Positions 62,839-64,000 of a stretch of DNA of 64,000 nucleotides are shown here, one piece after another. Origin of the DNA: Ancrocorticia sp. GTDB lineage: Bacteria > Actinomycetota > Actinomycetes > Actinomycetales > Actinomycetaceae. The notes beneath the pieces are model-generated. The model was not told the origin of the DNA and did not search any database. It was given only the letters and a program-made list of their open reading frames with translations. The DNA is taken from positions 180,467 to 244,466 of the forward strand of contig JALCLX010000003.1 in assembly GCA_022648165.1 (NCBI GenBank), in the 5' to 3' direction. Both the position numbers and the translations under genes were made by a program. The first letter of the stretch is position 1. Every line of letters begins with the position of its first letter.

Positions 62839-64000
62839 CTAATTGGAACCCAGATCCGCTGTGGCTTTGACCAGGGCATCTTGCAAGCCCGCTTTGTCGC
62901 TCGCGCCTTGCGCGAACTTCATCACGGCATCGTTGATGGCATTCGAAACTTCAGCAGGTACTGCTGCGCCGTGAGCGATCGAGGAGACGATCGTATTCTC
63001 CTTGAACGCCGTCATTTGGTCTTTCTGGTAATCGGAGAACTTCGCCAAATCGGACTCCGAAAGGTCAGATCGCGCCGGAATTGACCCCTTGATTGAGTTG
63101 AACGCAACCTGCCCTTCCTTCGAAGAGATCGTCTCCAGCCACGCCTTCGCGCCTCCAGGATGTTTTGCCCCAACTGGCAGCGTGAAGGAATCAGCCAAGA
63201 AATCGTACACGTCTTCATTGCCAGGAACTGGGAAAACCACGTAGTCCTTGTCGATCTCCTTGTTTTGGCTGGTCAAGCCCAGATAGGCCCAGTCGCCCAT
63301 CACGTTGTATGCGGCTTTACCGTCCACAACCGGCTGCATGGCAGGCTCCCAATCTTCCGAATACAAGGAAGAATCCGTGTAGGCCATGATTTGAGCGAAA
63401 TGGTCAATGGCCTGTGTCACTCCGTCAGAATCCCACGCCGTTGTCCCATCGAACAGCCCGTTGTAGCCATCGGCACCAAGATCCGCAATAAGGATCGTCT
63501 CTAGCAACTCGGTCTGCGTCCACGCCATGCCTACCGTGATGGGAGTATACCCAGCATCTTTGATCTTCGCCATGTCGGAGATCCATTCATCAATGGATGT
63601 GGGTGGTGTATTCGGATCTAGGCCAGCGGCTTCTAGCACCGTAGGATTGGCCCACACCATGTTGGCGCGGTGAATATTGGATGGGATTGAATAGATCTTG
63701 CCATCCATGGTGAGCCGGTCGATTAAAGAATCCGGGAACGCATCACGCAGTCCCAGTTCGTCATAGAGCCCTGAAATATCCTCAATCTGCCCCGCTTCTA
63801 TGTAATCGGTCAGCTCGGCACCTGCATGCGCCTGGAATGTGTCCGGCGGATTATTCGTAGCCAAATCAGCAGCTAGCTTTTGCTTCGCCTGCGACCCGCC
63901 ACCACCGGCAATAGCCGCATTGACGAATTTTGTATGTGGGTGCTGCTCTTCGAAGACCTTCTCAAGCGCCTGGAGGCCCTCCTTTTCGGAGCCTGCCTCC
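62839..64000 (-). CDS. sugar ABC transporter substrate-binding protein (5' end beyond the window)
   Basis: The frame stays open to the window edge: ...EAGSEKEGLQALEKVFEEQHPHTKFVNAAIAGGGGSQAKQKLAADLATNNPPDTFQ... is a typical family 1 SBP. Confidence 0.8.
   Translation of the reverse strand, partial: EAGSEKEGLQALEKVFEEQHPHTKFVNAAIAGGGGSQAKQKLAADLATNNPPDTFQAHAGAELTDYIEAGQIEDISGLYDELGLRDAFPDSLIDRLTMDGKIYSIPSNIHRANMVWANPTVLEAAGLDPNTPPTSIDEWISDMAKIKDAGYTPITVGMAWTQTELLETILIADLGADGYNGLFDGTTAWDSDGVTQAIDHFAQIMAYTDSSLYSEDWEPAMQPVVDGKAAYNVMGDWAYLGLTSQNKEIDKDYVVFPVPGNEDVYDFLADSFTLPVGAKHPGGAKAWLETISSKEGQVAFNSIKGSIPARSDLSESDLAKFSDYQKDQMTAFKENTIVSSIAHGAAVPAEVSNAINDAVMKFAQGASDKAGLQDALVKATADLGSN

Noticed and set aside
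1-64000. Search for tRNA, rRNA, tmRNA, riboswitch or CRISPR features in the gene-poor stretches (15.6-16.3 kb, 35.2-35.4 kb, 39.0-39.4 kb, 40.9-41.1 kb, 59.9-60.3 kb).
   Set aside because: No cloverleaf-compatible sequence, rRNA-like segment or known riboswitch core was recognisable by eye. A covariance-model scan (tRNAscan-SE, Infernal/Rfam) would be needed to exclude them formally.

Overview
64-kb chromosomal segment from a moderately high-GC genome. It is probably actinobacterial (PIG-L/MshB-like deacetylase, DUF4190, GH1/GH4 sugar loci); the taxon is inference only.

**Left part (0.2-12.5 kb):** a C69 dipeptidase, a GntR/HutC regulator, and a minus-strand carbohydrate catabolic locus. That locus holds an FGGY kinase, a DeoC-like aldolase, a transaldolase-fold protein, a split transketolase, an internally deleted rpiB, a HAD phosphatase and a class II ketose-bisphosphate aldolase. 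An AlkD-like gene killed by an amber codon follows.

**Middle part (12.5-39 kb):** a mosaic defence/mobile island. In order, it contains:
- a NERD-helicase
- hipB plus a hipA stump
- arfB
- a GC-richer Type III R-M (mod/res)
- a headless large serine recombinase
- a four-gene translationally coupled operon: adenine-type DNA methyltransferase, a 2121-aa helicase-DUF1998-nuclease fusion, a RelE-headed UvrD-type helicase, and a membrane protein with an SLT-like tail
- a triple-nonsense higB next to an intact higA
- a second toxin-like/XRE cassette
- an AT-rich HsdR-N-type nuclease gene

The four-gene operon resembles DISARM/Druantia cores but fits no subtype I know. It is the top candidate for a new system.

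**Right part (39-64 kb):** a DctA-like symporter, a nitroreductase, a GH2 pseudogene and three sugar ABC transporter loci, one of them decayed. The loci sit with GH4, GH1, a PfkB kinase, a TetR regulator, an M20 amidohydrolase, a tandem DUF2892 pair and others.

I recognised no rRNA, tRNA or CRISPR array.

**Recurrent themes:** pseudogenes made by nonsense codons that each look like a G:C>A:T change, in-frame internal deletions, and many 19-25-nt tandem duplications.
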